DNA from: Dehalococcoidia bacterium
GTDB lineage: Bacteria > Chloroflexota > Dehalococcoidia > SM23-28-2 > RBG-16-64-32
Assembly (NCBI GenBank): GCA_030649945.1
Contig: JAUSFE010000040.1
Coordinates: 26,266-90,265, forward strand
Reading direction: 5' to 3'
DNA length: 64,000 nucleotides
Numbering within the stretch: position 1 is the stretch's first letter; each line of letters opens with the position of its first letter. Below the pieces are notes generated by a model, which ran no database searches, had not been told where the DNA came from, and saw only the letters and a program-made list of their open reading frames with translations. A program made the translations under genes and the position numbers. Positions 1 to 9,385 of the stretch are shown in pieces.

Positions 1-1
1 C

Positions 2-223
2 CAAACACCCGCCCCTACAACCGGCACGACGACTGCCCGCGGTACCACCACCTCCAGCGGCCTTCCCGGTGGTGCGGACACCGGCATCGGGACCCTCTCA
101 CCGGTGGCTACCAACGTTCCTGCCTGGGCGGCGCTGGCCACAGCGGTGGGAGGCCTCGGCTTGCTGGGCGGTATCGTCACCATGGCTTCGCGCCGCGTGG
201 CGGCCCGCCGCAGGAGACAGTAG
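2..223 (+). CDS. C-terminal fragment of a secreted/surface protein (partial, runs off 5' edge)
   Basis: Open frame from window edge to TAG 221-223. Thr/Gly/Ala/Pro-rich, then ...GGADTGIGTLSPV, a hydrophobic helix (AWAALATAVGGLGLLGGIV) and a basic tail RRVAARRRRQ. This resembles a C-terminal sorting/anchor signal. Confidence 0.35.
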   Translation, partial: QTPAPTTGTTTARGTTTSSGLPGGADTGIGTLSPVATNVPAWAALATAVGGLGLLGGIVTMASRRVAARRRRQ

Positions 224-271
224 GAGCCACCTTGTCAGAGTGATCTGACACAGAGAAAAGGGGACTAATCT

Positions 272-304
272 CCGGCCCCGCCCGCGATCAGTGGGCGGGG
301 CCGG
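272..304. terminator. GC-rich hairpin between convergent genes (CCGGCCCCGCCC-9nt-GGGCGGGGCCGG)
   Basis: Perfect 12-bp inverted repeat directly after the stop of the upstream + ORF and overlapping the 3' end of the histidine-kinase gene. No clear U-tract. Confidence 0.4.
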
Positions 305-1670
305 AGTCTAACGGCAGGTGCACTGTGAACGTGCTGCCCTTCCCCGCCTCGCTCTCCACCTCTATGCGGCCTCCGTGCGCGCGCGCCACCCACTCCGCAA
401 TCGCCAGACCAATCCCCGCGCCGCTGCCGCCGCGTCGTCCGCTGCCCTCGCCGCGGTAGTAGCGGTCGAAGATCTGCGGCAGATCTGCGGGGGGAATCCC
501 GGGGCCTGTATCCTTTACGACAATTCGCGCGGAGGAGTCGTCCGTGTAGAGAGATAGCGTTACATCTCCCCCGGGAGGGGTGTATTTGAGGCCGTTGTCC
601 ACGAGGTTCAGGATCATCTGCTTAAGCAGGTCCCGGTCGCCCATCACCGTTGCCTGGTCTTCTTCGCCCAGACGAAGCTTCACTTCCGGCCGCAGGTCCT
701 TCGCCTGGCGGTACACCTCCAGACACAGGTCATCCATGGCCACGGGCCGGCGGTCCAATCCACGGCCCGCGTCCACGTGCGCCAGGTACAAGAGGTTGGA
801 GGTGAGCCGGATCAGCCGCCCTACCTCAAGAGACATCCGCTGGAGCTGCTCCCGCGATTCCTCATCCAGGCCCTCCTGCATGAGCAGGACGTCCAGGTTA
901 CCACGCAGCGCCGTCAGCGGAGTCCGCAGCTCGTGCGAGACGTCCAGGACAAAGTTCCTCTGCTGCTGGAAGGCGGTATCCAGGCGCTGGAGCATACCGT
1001 CGAACGTATCGGCCAGACGCTGCACCTCCTCGGGCTTGCCACGGGATGCAATGCGGCGGCTAAGGTCTGAGGCCTCTATTTCCCGCGCCACTGCCGTTAC
1101 GTCGTCGATAGGCTTGAGCGCGCTACGGGCCAGCCAGTAGCCGACGGCCAGCGACAGCACCGCCGCCGCCGCCCCCGCCGCCAGAAACGCGATTGCCAGC
1201 GCATCGGTGACGCTGGACACGGCCGCGGAGCTCTCTCCCACCTGCACCACACCAATCACACGCCGGCCCGCCGTTAAGCGCGAGCTGCGGACGGTGAACG
1301 GCTCGCCGTCCACCTCAGTGCTCTGCTCGATGCTATCGCCGTTCAGGATGCGCGATATCTCGTCCTCGCTCAACGCCAGAGATGCGGCGTCCAAACGCCG
1401 GGTGGCAGCCAGGTCACGGCCGTCAAGGTCCCGCACGACGGCGATGAATGAGCTGTGCTCCACGATCCCAGACAGGTCCGCCGCCTCCAGCGATCCTGCG
1501 GCCGCCACCGGGGCGGACACCCGCTGCAGGTCAGCGGCAAGCTGGCTGTCGATATCCGAGTTAAGTATGCCGCGCAGGGTGAATCTGAGCGTGAAGAAGA
1601 GGGCGGTGAGCGTCAGGATGAGGGCGATGGCTATGGATACGGCCAACCTTCGCCGTATGCTCAGGGACAT
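288..1670 (-). CDS. sensor histidine kinase (HAMP-HisKA-HATPase_c)
   Basis: N-terminal TM segments. H-box VSHELRTPLTAL. G-box DTGPGIPPADLPQIFDRYYRG...GSGLGLAI. Confidence 0.9.
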   Translation of the reverse strand: MSLSIRRRLAVSIAIALILTLTALFFTLRFTLRGILNSDIDSQLAADLQRVSAPVAAAGSLEAADLSGIVEHSSFIAVVRDLDGRDLAATRRLDAASLALSEDEISRILNGDSIEQSTEVDGEPFTVRSSRLTAGRRVIGVVQVGESSAAVSSVTDALAIAFLAAGAAAAVLSLAVGYWLARSALKPIDDVTAVAREIEASDLSRRIASRGKPEEVQRLADTFDGMLQRLDTAFQQQRNFVLDVSHELRTPLTALRGNLDVLLMQEGLDEESREQLQRMSLEVGRLIRLTSNLLYLAHVDAGRGLDRRPVAMDDLCLEVYRQAKDLRPEVKLRLGEEDQATVMGDRDLLKQMILNLVDNGLKYTPPGGDVTLSLYTDDSSARIVVKDTGPGIPPADLPQIFDRYYRGEGSGRRGGSGAGIGLAIAEWVARAHGGRIEVESEAGKGSTFTVHLPLDSGPAH

Positions 1671-1671
1671 T

Positions 1672-2334
1672 TCAAGCTTTCAGGACGTATCCCACGCCCC
1701 TTACGGCGTGAATCAGGTCTGGCTCCCCCAGGGCGTTGAGCTTACGGCGCAGATACCGCACGTACACCTTGATAACGTCCGACTCCATGTCGTCGTCGTA
1801 GCCCCATACCTTGGAGAAGATCGTCTGCTTGTCCATCACCCTGCCGGCGTTGCGGGCCAGGAACTCCAGCAGGTCGAACTCACGCGCCGTCAGCTCAATC
1901 TCCCGGCCGGCGCGCTGCACTTCGCGGCTGGGAGGGCGGATGGTCAGATCTCCCACAGCAATGGCCTCGCCGGCAGGTTCCCTGCGGCGCATGGCGGCGC
2001 GCACGCGCGCCAACAACTCGTCAAAGGCGAACGGCTTCGTCACGTAATCGTCCGCGCCGGCGTCCAGGCCTTCAATCTTGTCCGCCACAGAGTCGCGCGC
2101 GGTGAGCATGATGATGGGCACGCCACCGGCTGCGCGAAAACGCCGGCACACCTCTATGCCGTCGATGCCGGGGAGCATGAGGTCCAGGATCACCAGGTCC
2201 GGCGGTCGCTCGTGCGCCAGGCTGAGGCCCACCTCGCCGCTACGGGCTACGTCAACCTCATACCCCTTCAGGATCAGGCCGCGCCTGATGAAGTCCGCGA
2301 TGTCTCGTTCGTCCTCTATGACCAGGATGCGCAA
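1672..2334 (-). CDS. OmpR/PhoB-family response regulator (REC + winged helix)
   Basis: [15 protein letters not shown]...[14 protein letters not shown] receiver motifs. C-terminal winged-helix ([19 protein letters not shown]...[24 protein letters not shown]). 1-nt gap to the downstream kinase. Confidence 0.9.
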   Translation of the reverse strand: MRILVIEDERDIADFIRRGLILKGYEVDVARSGEVGLSLAHERPPDLVILDLMLPGIDGIEVCRRFRAAGGVPIIMLTARDSVADKIEGLDAGADDYVTKPFAFDELLARVRAAMRRREPAGEAIAVGDLTIRPPSREVQRAGREIELTAREFDLLEFLARNAGRVMDKQTIFSKVWGYDDDMESDVIKVYVRYLRRKLNALGEPDLIHAVRGVGYVLKA

Positions 2335-2473
2335 ACGATCCCCTCTCCCTGGAAGCCCGTTGCCAGAATCAGGAGGTACTTCCCGCCAAAATTGTACGTC
2401 TCAGGGAGCCACGGGGTCTAGCGAGCCCATGGCTGCGCCGCAGGCCGCAGGAAACCGGTGTTACGTGCCGCGA

Positions 2474-3181
2474 TCAGGGGGCGGCACTGACGGCGGGAGT
2501 TCCGTGCTGCAGCCGGTCACGGATGCGGTTCGCCACCAGGGTCACCCAACCGGCCACCTCGTCGTGATAGCCGTTGCGGTCTGTGCTTGCAACGAAGGTG
2601 GTCAGAACCCGCAGGAACCCCCGGACGTTGTCCACGCGAAAAGCGACTTGATCATCAATGACCATGTTGCCTTTGCCGTCAGTGCCAGTGATGCGGAACC
2701 ACGTTCCTTCGTCGGCGCGGCTGGGCAGCGGCAACTCGGCCGCCTGGACGTCCGATTCGTCCGGGTTGACTGCTTTCCAATCTGTGTTCCGCGCTCCGGC
2801 TATTCCCTCCGCCAGGGCCTCGCCGGCGCCGGCGGCGGTCTTGTAAAGGCTGGCGGTGCTCTGCAGCCCCCTGACAACCAGGCTTGAGGGGGCGTCCGGC
2901 GCAGGCTCGAACTGCCAGTCGTATCCCAGCACCCGGCCGCGGGATTCCAGCTTAGCCAGCGTCCCTTCACTGTCCACAGACGCATCAGCCACATCCTGGT
3001 TTGTAGAAACTGAGACGGACGCCAACTGCAGGCCCGGCGGCAGGTCCGCAGTGGTCAGGGCCACAGCCTGCAGGAGGGCCCGCGTATCATCCGAGGGCGT
3101 GGCGTCGTCTCCGCCGCCGCAAGCCGCTGCAAGCAAGCACAGCAGCCCCCCACCCATGAGCGCAATCCAACCGAGTCTCAT
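2474..3181 (-). CDS. hypothetical lipoprotein
   Basis: Start chosen at MRLGWIALMGGGLLCLLAAACGGGDD (signal peptide plus lipobox LAAC). The track ORF extends further upstream without a signal peptide. Confidence 0.6.
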   Translation of the reverse strand: MRLGWIALMGGGLLCLLAAACGGGDDATPSDDTRALLQAVALTTADLPPGLQLASVSVSTNQDVADASVDSEGTLAKLESRGRVLGYDWQFEPAPDAPSSLVVRGLQSTASLYKTAAGAGEALAEGIAGARNTDWKAVNPDESDVQAAELPLPSRADEGTWFRITGTDGKGNMVIDDQVAFRVDNVRGFLRVLTTFVASTDRNGYHDEVAGWVTLVANRIRDRLQHGTPAVSAAP

Positions 3182-3344
3182 ATACACCCTTTCACGGTAG
3201 GCAATCGTATCCGTATTGTACTGCGAGCCCGAACGAAGGCGCATCCACCGCCCGCCGAACGGCCCCAGAGCGCAACGGATTCGACACGGCAACGTTTATC
3301 AAGGCAAAATGTATCCAGACCCCCACTCTGTGAAAGAGAGACCG

Positions 3345-3992
3345 ATGCGGACAGGGACGAACCTTCGGAGACGATATGGCTCGCCGGCGAGAGCGCGGGC
3401 GGCGGGCCTGGCCATTATGCTGGCCGCGTGCTCGGCGCTGCTGCTGGCAGCCTGTGGAGGCGACGACAGCGCCAAGTCTTCGCCCACCGCCGCCAGCGGC
3501 GCGCCGGCAACGTCATCCGCAGCCGCGTCGGTCTCACCATCCACGCCGGGAGCCCCATCCCCGTCGGGCGGTCCGGCGACCACCGCTGCCGGGACGCCGA
3601 GCGGCGATATGACCTGCATACTGATCTCTAAGCAAGAGGCTGAGGCAGCGCTGGGCGAACCCCTGGGCAACGCTCAGACGGGGAGTTTCCAGGGGACCAT
3701 CTCCTGCGGCTACCAGCCATCGTCGGACCGCGGCGTCCTCATCTCCATTACTAGCGGCGTCGCCAAGGCAGACTTCGAGAGCCTCGTGAACCAGGCCGCG
3801 GCGTTGCTGCAGAGAACCCCGCAGGCCGTGCCCGGCGTCGGCGATGAGGCCTTCTGGCTGGAGCCCTACTTGAGCGTCCTCAAGAAAGACGTCTATTTCA
3901 GGCTCACGGTGTTCAGCCCCGATATCACCGGCCAAATCCAGCTTGAGAGAGAGTCTGATCTGGCCAGGAAGGCTGCGGCGCGCGTGCCCTGA
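3345..3992 (+). CDS. hypothetical lipoprotein
   Basis: Start at MRTGTNLRRR..LAIMLAACSALLLAACGGDD (lipobox). GAAAGAGAG SD-like upstream. Divergent to the preceding lipoprotein, which has the same LLAACGGDD lipobox context. Confidence 0.6.
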   Translation: MRTGTNLRRRYGSPARARAAGLAIMLAACSALLLAACGGDDSAKSSPTAASGAPATSSAAASVSPSTPGAPSPSGGPATTAAGTPSGDMTCILISKQEAEAALGEPLGNAQTGSFQGTISCGYQPSSDRGVLISITSGVAKADFESLVNQAAALLQRTPQAVPGVGDEAFWLEPYLSVLKKDVYFRLTVFSPDITGQIQLERESDLARKAAARVP

Positions 3993-4113
3993 GGCCTTGC
4001 CGGCGGGACGTCACGCCTGCCTTCAACGACAGCAGCCGCACGGCCGCGTTCGGTCGCCCGCCCCAATACGGACCTGGCTGTCACCGCCGAAGCTCTGAAA
4101 CGGCGCTGGGTGT

Positions 4114-4143
4114 TGACATTAACTCTGGCCAGAGTATATAAGA
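4114..4143 (+). promoter_or_regulatory. candidate sigma70-type promoter (TTGACA-16nt-TATATA) upstream of the TSP3-repeat protein gene
   Basis: TTGACAttaactctggccagagTATATA read directly; about 80 nt upstream of the start at 4222. Confidence 0.35.
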
Positions 4144-4221
4144 GGGGCCAGTCAGAGCATCCCCGCAGTGGCTCCACGTTGGGGTTCTTAGCATTGCCAA
4201 CAGCAAGAAAGTGAGGACGGG

Positions 4222-5574
4222 TTGAATCGCAGAAGGATGACGTTAGCGATATCGGCCGTAGCTGTCCTGGCCATAATCGCCCTGATAGGTTTCGCGGACA
4301 GCGCTTCCGCCGGAACCTTCACACCTACGCTCAAAGTCACCGTAGCCAAGACCACGCCTGACACCCCATCTGACTACGTCGTCGACTTCGGGATACCCAA
4401 GGGCGATGTGAACTTTGCCGGCGTTGTGTCATTCATCCCGAAGGACTGGGGCATCGTCCCGGGGGACGCATTCCCCATTGGAACGGGAGTTGGCGGCCTG
4501 GACGCGAAAGCCACTCTGGGCCTGATTAACGGCGCCTGCAACAGCGTGCTCCCGGTGCACTTCGACTTCAAGAACTCCAGCCTCGACACTTCGGACACCG
4601 TGGCCTACTATCCCGCCAATGACGACGACACCACGCCGGACTTCGCGGAGGACAAGGACAATAACGGCAACTTTGACGCCGTAGACAAGTATCCGGACTT
4701 CCTGGCCAGGGTGTTCAAGGAGATCAAGCCTATCCGGCGCTCTGCCGGTCTCACTCTCGTGGCCGGCCTTCCCATCATGCTCCAGTTCCTGATCTTCGCC
4801 CCGGGCACGGAAATCAATGAGAACATCCCGCACGATGAGAGCCTTGGTTTCCCAACGGTCACGGTGCTGACCAACGCCGGCGACACAGACGCCGCGCCGG
4901 CCCCTGGGGCCATCACAGACTTCTGCTCCGCCCTGACCTCCGTCAATACCTCGCTTGGGGCGGCGGAGGACGGCACGCAGTTGTTCGTCAACCCGCAGAA
5001 CGGCAAGTACGACTTCGTGACCGTGGGCGTGGGCCTGCGCGACACGGACGGCGACGGCTACGAGAACAACCTGGACACCTGCCAGCTCACCGCTAACGTG
5101 GGCAACCCGCGCGTCGCGGGCGACGGCGATAACGACTCCGACGGGTTGGATGCGGCCTGCGACCCCGACGACAACGACACCAACTCCGACGAGGACCTGG
5201 ACGGCTACCTGAACCGCCAGGACAACTGCACGCTGAAGGCCAACGGAGAGGACGCCGACAACCAGGCGGACAAGGACCTGGACCAGATAGGCGATGCCTG
5301 TGACAACGCGCCGGACAAGGCGGACGGCGAGCTGAGTGTGAAGGAACTGAAGGCCTCGGTGACCATCGGCGACGGCACGGGCCCGGGCGGCCCGCCCACG
5401 TCCTGCGACAAGTGCTACAAGTCCGGCCAGGCGAACGGCGGCGGCGGTACCACGACCGGCGGTGGCTCTGACACCGGCCTGATCGTCGGAATTATCGTCG
5501 GCGTCATCGCAGCCATCGTGGTGCTCGGCGGCGGCGCGTACTTCCTGATGCAGCGCGGCCGGCGCGGCGCCTAG
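4222..5574 (+). CDS. secreted surface protein with thrombospondin type-3-like Ca-binding repeats and C-terminal TM anchor
   Basis: Signal peptide MNRRRMTLAISAVAVLAIIALIGFADSASA. Multiple DxDxDGxxDxxDxC / DNDSDGLDAACDPDDNDTNSDEDLDG acidic repeats with paired Cys. C-terminal helix GLIVGIIVGVIAAIVVLGGGAYFLM followed by QRGRRGA. Confidence 0.75.
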   Translation: MNRRRMTLAISAVAVLAIIALIGFADSASAGTFTPTLKVTVAKTTPDTPSDYVVDFGIPKGDVNFAGVVSFIPKDWGIVPGDAFPIGTGVGGLDAKATLGLINGACNSVLPVHFDFKNSSLDTSDTVAYYPANDDDTTPDFAEDKDNNGNFDAVDKYPDFLARVFKEIKPIRRSAGLTLVAGLPIMLQFLIFAPGTEINENIPHDESLGFPTVTVLTNAGDTDAAPAPGAITDFCSALTSVNTSLGAAEDGTQLFVNPQNGKYDFVTVGVGLRDTDGDGYENNLDTCQLTANVGNPRVAGDGDNDSDGLDAACDPDDNDTNSDEDLDGYLNRQDNCTLKANGEDADNQADKDLDQIGDACDNAPDKADGELSVKELKASVTIGDGTGPGGPPTSCDKCYKSGQANGGGGTTTGGGSDTGLIVGIIVGVIAAIVVLGGGAYFLMQRGRRGA

Positions 5575-5596
5575 CCAAACCTCTAGCATAATCCAG

Positions 5597-5633
5597 AAAA
5601 GAGGGGCCGGAGATTCCGGCCCCTTTTCTGTTT
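5597..5633. terminator. bidirectional rho-independent terminator
   Basis: AGAAAAGAGGGGCCGGAgattCCGGCCCCTTTTCTGTTT: 9-bp GC stem flanked by an A-tract and a T-tract, between convergent genes. Confidence 0.6.
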
Positions 5634-5663
5634 GCGGGCAGGAAAGCAGAGGGTGGAAGACCC

Positions 5664-7442
5664 TCAGCTACGGCCGCTCGGGTCGCCCGCCGGCTCGTGC
5701 CGCGCCGGCGTCGGGACCGCGGCCAGGGCGAACGGCGCCGGCAGCAGCAGCTCGGCGTTGCGGTCGCTGGCGGACAGCCCGGTGGCCTGACGGTTCAACT
5801 GCGGGTCGCCCATCCCCACGCGGCGGGCCGTGGAGGCCAGCAGCCGCTGGTTGACGCCGTCCTCGTCCGGCGTGGGGTCTTTCGCCGCGCCGGGCGCAAG
5901 AGGAGCGGCCGTGTCGTACGTCGTGCTGAAGATGGAGAGCGTGCCGTCGCCGTTGTCCGCGATCTCCAGCAGGCGGGACTGCATTGGGTAATCCAGCGGT
6001 GAGGCGGTGGTGATCTGCCAGTAGCCCTTGGTGGCGCCGGAAGCGTCGGGCCTGGCGGTGATGCGGTGCTCCAGGCTGTGCCCGGCGACGTGCAGCATAA
6101 CGTTGGGGAAGCGGTGCAGCAGCGCCTCCAGGTCCGTTCCCCGCAAGCGCTGTTCGCCCGCGGGGCCCGGGAACGGGTTAGTCATGGCATCGGCGCCGTG
6201 GTGACTGACGATGACGATAAGCCGGTCCTGGTTGCCGGTGCTCACCCTGCCCGCTCCCTTTCCGAAGTAGCTGCTGCTGGCGGCCTTCAGTTGCTCCTCC
6301 AGCCAGGCGAACTGGGCCGCATCCATGCTCCCGGCCGCAAAGCCACCGTAATTCACGGTGTCCAGGACGATGAACCTGATTGGCCCGTGGTCCAGGACGT
6401 AGTAGGCTGACCCCGCAGCCACGTTCCCGGCACTGAAGCCGTGTCCCGCCGGTCCCGGCCGCGCCTGGGTGTTGAAGTGCTCCTCCAGCCACTCCACCTT
6501 GCTGAGCGGCCGCCTTTCGGGATCCGGGCTGACGTTCTGGACGACGCTGTCGGGGTCGTTCACCACGCGGCCAGAGGCGTCCGGTTCCAGCAGCGACTGC
6601 GAGCTCTCGCACACCTCCGCCCTGGCCTGCGGCCCCAGCGAGATAATCTTCTCGCTCCCCACGGCGATGGTCGTAGCGGCGGCCGTCACCGGGAAGTTCG
6701 CCTGTATGAGGACGTCCCTGTTGCCCACAGCCGCGTACCACGGGTAGGCCAGACCCGCCGATACGAACTCCTTCTGAGCCGCAACCAGCAGGTCCGGGTA
6801 CGCCGCCTCCGGCGATTCCTTCTGCGCGCCGCTGTACCCCGGGGAGCCGCTGTCCGGGTGCACGGTCTTCCCATCCAGCAGGTCCAGGAAGGCGCGCAGC
6901 TCGTTGTACTGGGCGTTATCGGCGGCGTTGCCCGTATGGAAGGCGAAGTCCACGCGCCGTCCCGTCACCTGGCTCCGGTCAATGCGGTTCGCGCGGGCGA
7001 TCATGGCGTCCGCCGCCTGCAGGCTGAGCGACTCCTGGGGACGGAAGGCGCTGGTGGAGAGCGGCCTGGGGCAGGACTCCAGCCACTCGCTCCGCAGCGG
7101 GGACTCCTCGTCCACGATCCGGAAGTCCGTCAGGTGATGGAAGACCGCCAGGGAGCGTCGCCGCCGGGCGCGGTCCGCCTGCGCCTGTGCCAGCTCTGTG
7201 CGCACCGTATGAGGCTCGCCGGGGCCCAACACCAGTGACCCGTCCGCGGCCTGCGCTATCGTGCCGTCCGTCGTTGTGAGCGGGCCTTCCTCAGAGCCCC
7301 GGCAGGCCACCGCCGCGGTGAGTCCGCCGCCCATGAGCGCGGCCAGCCGCAGGAAAGCCCGCCGGCCCATGCGGCCATGCGGCCGCCGCCCCCGTTGCCG
7401 ATTCGCCATGCACCCTCCCGTTTCGTGCGGTCCAGCGTCCAC
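5664..7442 (-). CDS. TAT-secreted calcineurin-like metallophosphoesterase
   Basis: Twin-arginine signal RRAFLRLAALMGGG. Metallophosphoesterase motifs (DFAFHTGNAAD, GNRD, VSHHG, AGHSLEH). Start could also be the internal MANRQ (7409). Confidence 0.75.
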   Translation of the reverse strand: MDAGPHETGGCMANRQRGRRPHGRMGRRAFLRLAALMGGGLTAAVACRGSEEGPLTTTDGTIAQAADGSLVLGPGEPHTVRTELAQAQADRARRRRSLAVFHHLTDFRIVDEESPLRSEWLESCPRPLSTSAFRPQESLSLQAADAMIARANRIDRSQVTGRRVDFAFHTGNAADNAQYNELRAFLDLLDGKTVHPDSGSPGYSGAQKESPEAAYPDLLVAAQKEFVSAGLAYPWYAAVGNRDVLIQANFPVTAAATTIAVGSEKIISLGPQARAEVCESSQSLLEPDASGRVVNDPDSVVQNVSPDPERRPLSKVEWLEEHFNTQARPGPAGHGFSAGNVAAGSAYYVLDHGPIRFIVLDTVNYGGFAAGSMDAAQFAWLEEQLKAASSSYFGKGAGRVSTGNQDRLIVIVSHHGADAMTNPFPGPAGEQRLRGTDLEALLHRFPNVMLHVAGHSLEHRITARPDASGATKGYWQITTASPLDYPMQSRLLEIADNGDGTLSIFSTTYDTAAPLAPGAAKDPTPDEDGVNQRLLASTARRVGMGDPQLNRQATGLSASDRNAELLLPAPFALAAVPTPARHEPAGDPSGRS

Positions 7443-7485
7443 TGTCCCCTATTCACTTTCCACTGTCCACTGTCCACTATCCCAC
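7438..7485. repeat. heptanucleotide (TCCACTGT/CCACTAT) tandem array in a divergent promoter region
   Basis: tccactgtcccctattcactttccactgtccactgtccactatcccac. Lies between the divergent metallophosphoesterase and DinB-like genes. Same motif family as 34161-34244. Confidence 0.6.
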
Positions 7486-7557
7486 GGCGGGCCCGCGCTC
7501 CTTGACACCCCCCTCAGGCTCCCCATACAGTTACCCCGCAACAGAAAGGGGAGCCCC

Positions 7558-8079
7558 ATGTCCACAGTAGATTTCATCCGTGGCAGCATGCGGCAGCTGC
7601 ACAACACCTACGACGAGGTCATCGCTGACCTGAGCCCGGACCAGCTCCACTGGCGGGCCAATGAGACGGGCCTGCCCATCTCCTTCATCCTCTGGCACTA
7701 CGTGCGGACGGAGGACAACATCATCCAGTTCGTCTTGCAGCACAAGCCTACCGTCTGGCTGGAGGGCGGCTGGAACGAGAAGCTGGGCCTGGACCGCATC
7801 TCGCAGGGGACGGGAATGAGCCTGCAGGACGCCCAGAGCCTGCGCATCAACTCCAAGGAGACGTGGTTGGGCTACCAGAGCGCGGTCTGGCGGGCCACAG
7901 ACGAGTTCCTGGGCGCGGCCGACGACGCATTCCTGCTGGAGAAGACGATCGTGAAGCCCCTGGGGGAGATGCCCATCCAGAACGCCATCGGCAACATGTG
8001 CCTGACCCACGGCTTTACCCACCTGGGCGAGATCGCGCACGTGCGCGGCCTCCTGGGCCTGCGCGGCATGGCGGTGTGA
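7558..8079 (+). CDS. DinB/YfiT-like (DinB_2) family protein
   Basis: MSTVDFIRGSMRQLHNTYDEVIADLSPDQLHWRANETGLPISFILWHYVRTED: typical DinB_2 N-terminus with HW...H metal triad spacing. AAAGGGGAG SD upstream. Confidence 0.7.
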   Translation: MSTVDFIRGSMRQLHNTYDEVIADLSPDQLHWRANETGLPISFILWHYVRTEDNIIQFVLQHKPTVWLEGGWNEKLGLDRISQGTGMSLQDAQSLRINSKETWLGYQSAVWRATDEFLGAADDAFLLEKTIVKPLGEMPIQNAIGNMCLTHGFTHLGEIAHVRGLLGLRGMAV

Positions 8080-8205
8080 AGCAGCGGTCAGTGGTCAGCG
8101 GTCAGCCAGCAGCGGCGGGGGCGACAGCGCCGCGGATGACCAATGGGAGTTCGAAGCTGACCGCTGAACGCCGGCGGCTGACCGCTAAAGGCTGATCGCT
8201 GGTCG

Positions 8206-8556
8206 CTACTCCGCCAGCCCGGCCTGCATGAAGATGCCGTTGTGGATGAAGAAGCTGCGCACCGTGTTGCCGGCGCGGCCCTGCGCACGCGCGTCGCCCG
8301 GTAGCGCGGCCTGGAACTCCGCGATCTTCTCGGTGTAGTGACGCCTCATCTTGATGCGGATGCGCTTGCCGCCCTCCACCTCCCGGCAGCTCTCGGCGAT
8401 GACCGCATCCGGGTCCCGTTCAACGAACTCGCAAAATCGGCGCAGGACGGCAAGGCGGACGTCCAGATCGGACGGCTCCTCGCCCCACTGCTCGCGCAGG
8501 CCGCTGACCCAGGTCTGCACGGCGGCGTAGTCCAGGATCTGGTTCGCCAACGCCAA
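8206..8556 (-). CDS. hypothetical protein
   Basis: 116-aa ORF, same strand as the nitroreductase and 8 nt downstream of it. Non-repetitive composition. No recognisable domain. Confidence 0.4.
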   Translation of the reverse strand: MALANQILDYAAVQTWVSGLREQWGEEPSDLDVRLAVLRRFCEFVERDPDAVIAESCREVEGGKRIRIKMRRHYTEKIAEFQAALPGDARAQGRAGNTVRSFFIHNGIFMQAGLAE

Positions 8557-8563
8557 GACGGGC

Positions 8564-9385
8564 CTACTCCGGCAGGCCCAGGCGTTCCGCCAGACCGCGG
8601 ATCTCCTCGCGGCGCCCGGGCAGCGGCGCCGGCGCCTGGATCATCTTCGCCGCCTTCAGCTTCTCCACAACCGCCGCATCGCGCCGGAAGGGCGTGCCGT
8701 ACTCACCCTCGAAATACAGCTCCTCGAAAGGCGGGCGCGGCCGCTGGCCCCCCGCCTCCCAGGACTCAGCGGGGTACCCGACGAGCATCACCCAGAGGGA
8801 TATCCAGTCCTCGGGCACGCCGAAGACCTGGCGCGTCAGCATGGGGTTCGGCGTGTTGAGACAGGCGCCCAGGCCTTCGTCAAAGGCGGCGAGCAGGGCG
8901 TTGTGCACGGCGCCGCCGGCGTCTGCGCAGGCGGCCGCCAGATAGCCTTCCCGATTGCGGGTCATGGGCTCCAGTATCTGGGGGTAGACGAAGTCGTCCA
9001 CGAACTTGTGGCTCCAGCCGTGGGTGGGGGCGAGCGCCCCCGCGTCCACCAGCTCCTTCAACCGCGAGCCCTTGATCCGGTTCACGACCCCGAGGTCTAC
9101 GAAGAAGTAGATGTGAACGGGGGCCAGGTCCAGCGTGAGCGCCGCCACGGGCGTCTTAAGCTGGCTCAGCTTTTCCGGGGGCAGCTTGTCGCGCTCCACC
9201 ACTATGGCCCGCAGCCACTGCGCGTTGACGGCGCAGGAGGCCAGGCGGGCGGTCTCCAGAATGATCTGTATCTTCTCGCGTTCCACAGGCTTATCGGGTT
9301 CGAAAAAGCGGATGGAGCGGCGGCGGCCGACGACCTCTTTGAACTCCAAGTTGGAGCCCCCCTTTCCCCGCCTCAGGCGGGCCAA
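8564..9385 (-). CDS. nitroreductase-family protein
   Basis: RRSIRFFEPDKPV nitroreductase signature near the N-terminus. About 270 aa. Confidence 0.8.
   Translation of the reverse strand: MARLRRGKGGSNLEFKEVVGRRRSIRFFEPDKPVEREKIQIILETARLASCAVNAQWLRAIVVERDKLPPEKLSQLKTPVAALTLDLAPVHIYFFVDLGVVNRIKGSRLKELVDAGALAPTHGWSHKFVDDFVYPQILEPMTRNREGYLAAACADAGGAVHNALLAAFDEGLGACLNTPNPMLTRQVFGVPEDWISLWVMLVGYPAESWEAGGQRPRPPFEELYFEGEYGTPFRRDAAVVEKLKAAKMIQAPAPLPGRREEIRGLAERLGLPE

Noticed and set aside
1207-2421. 404-aa plus-strand ORF
   Set aside because: Antisense to the histidine kinase/response regulator pair.
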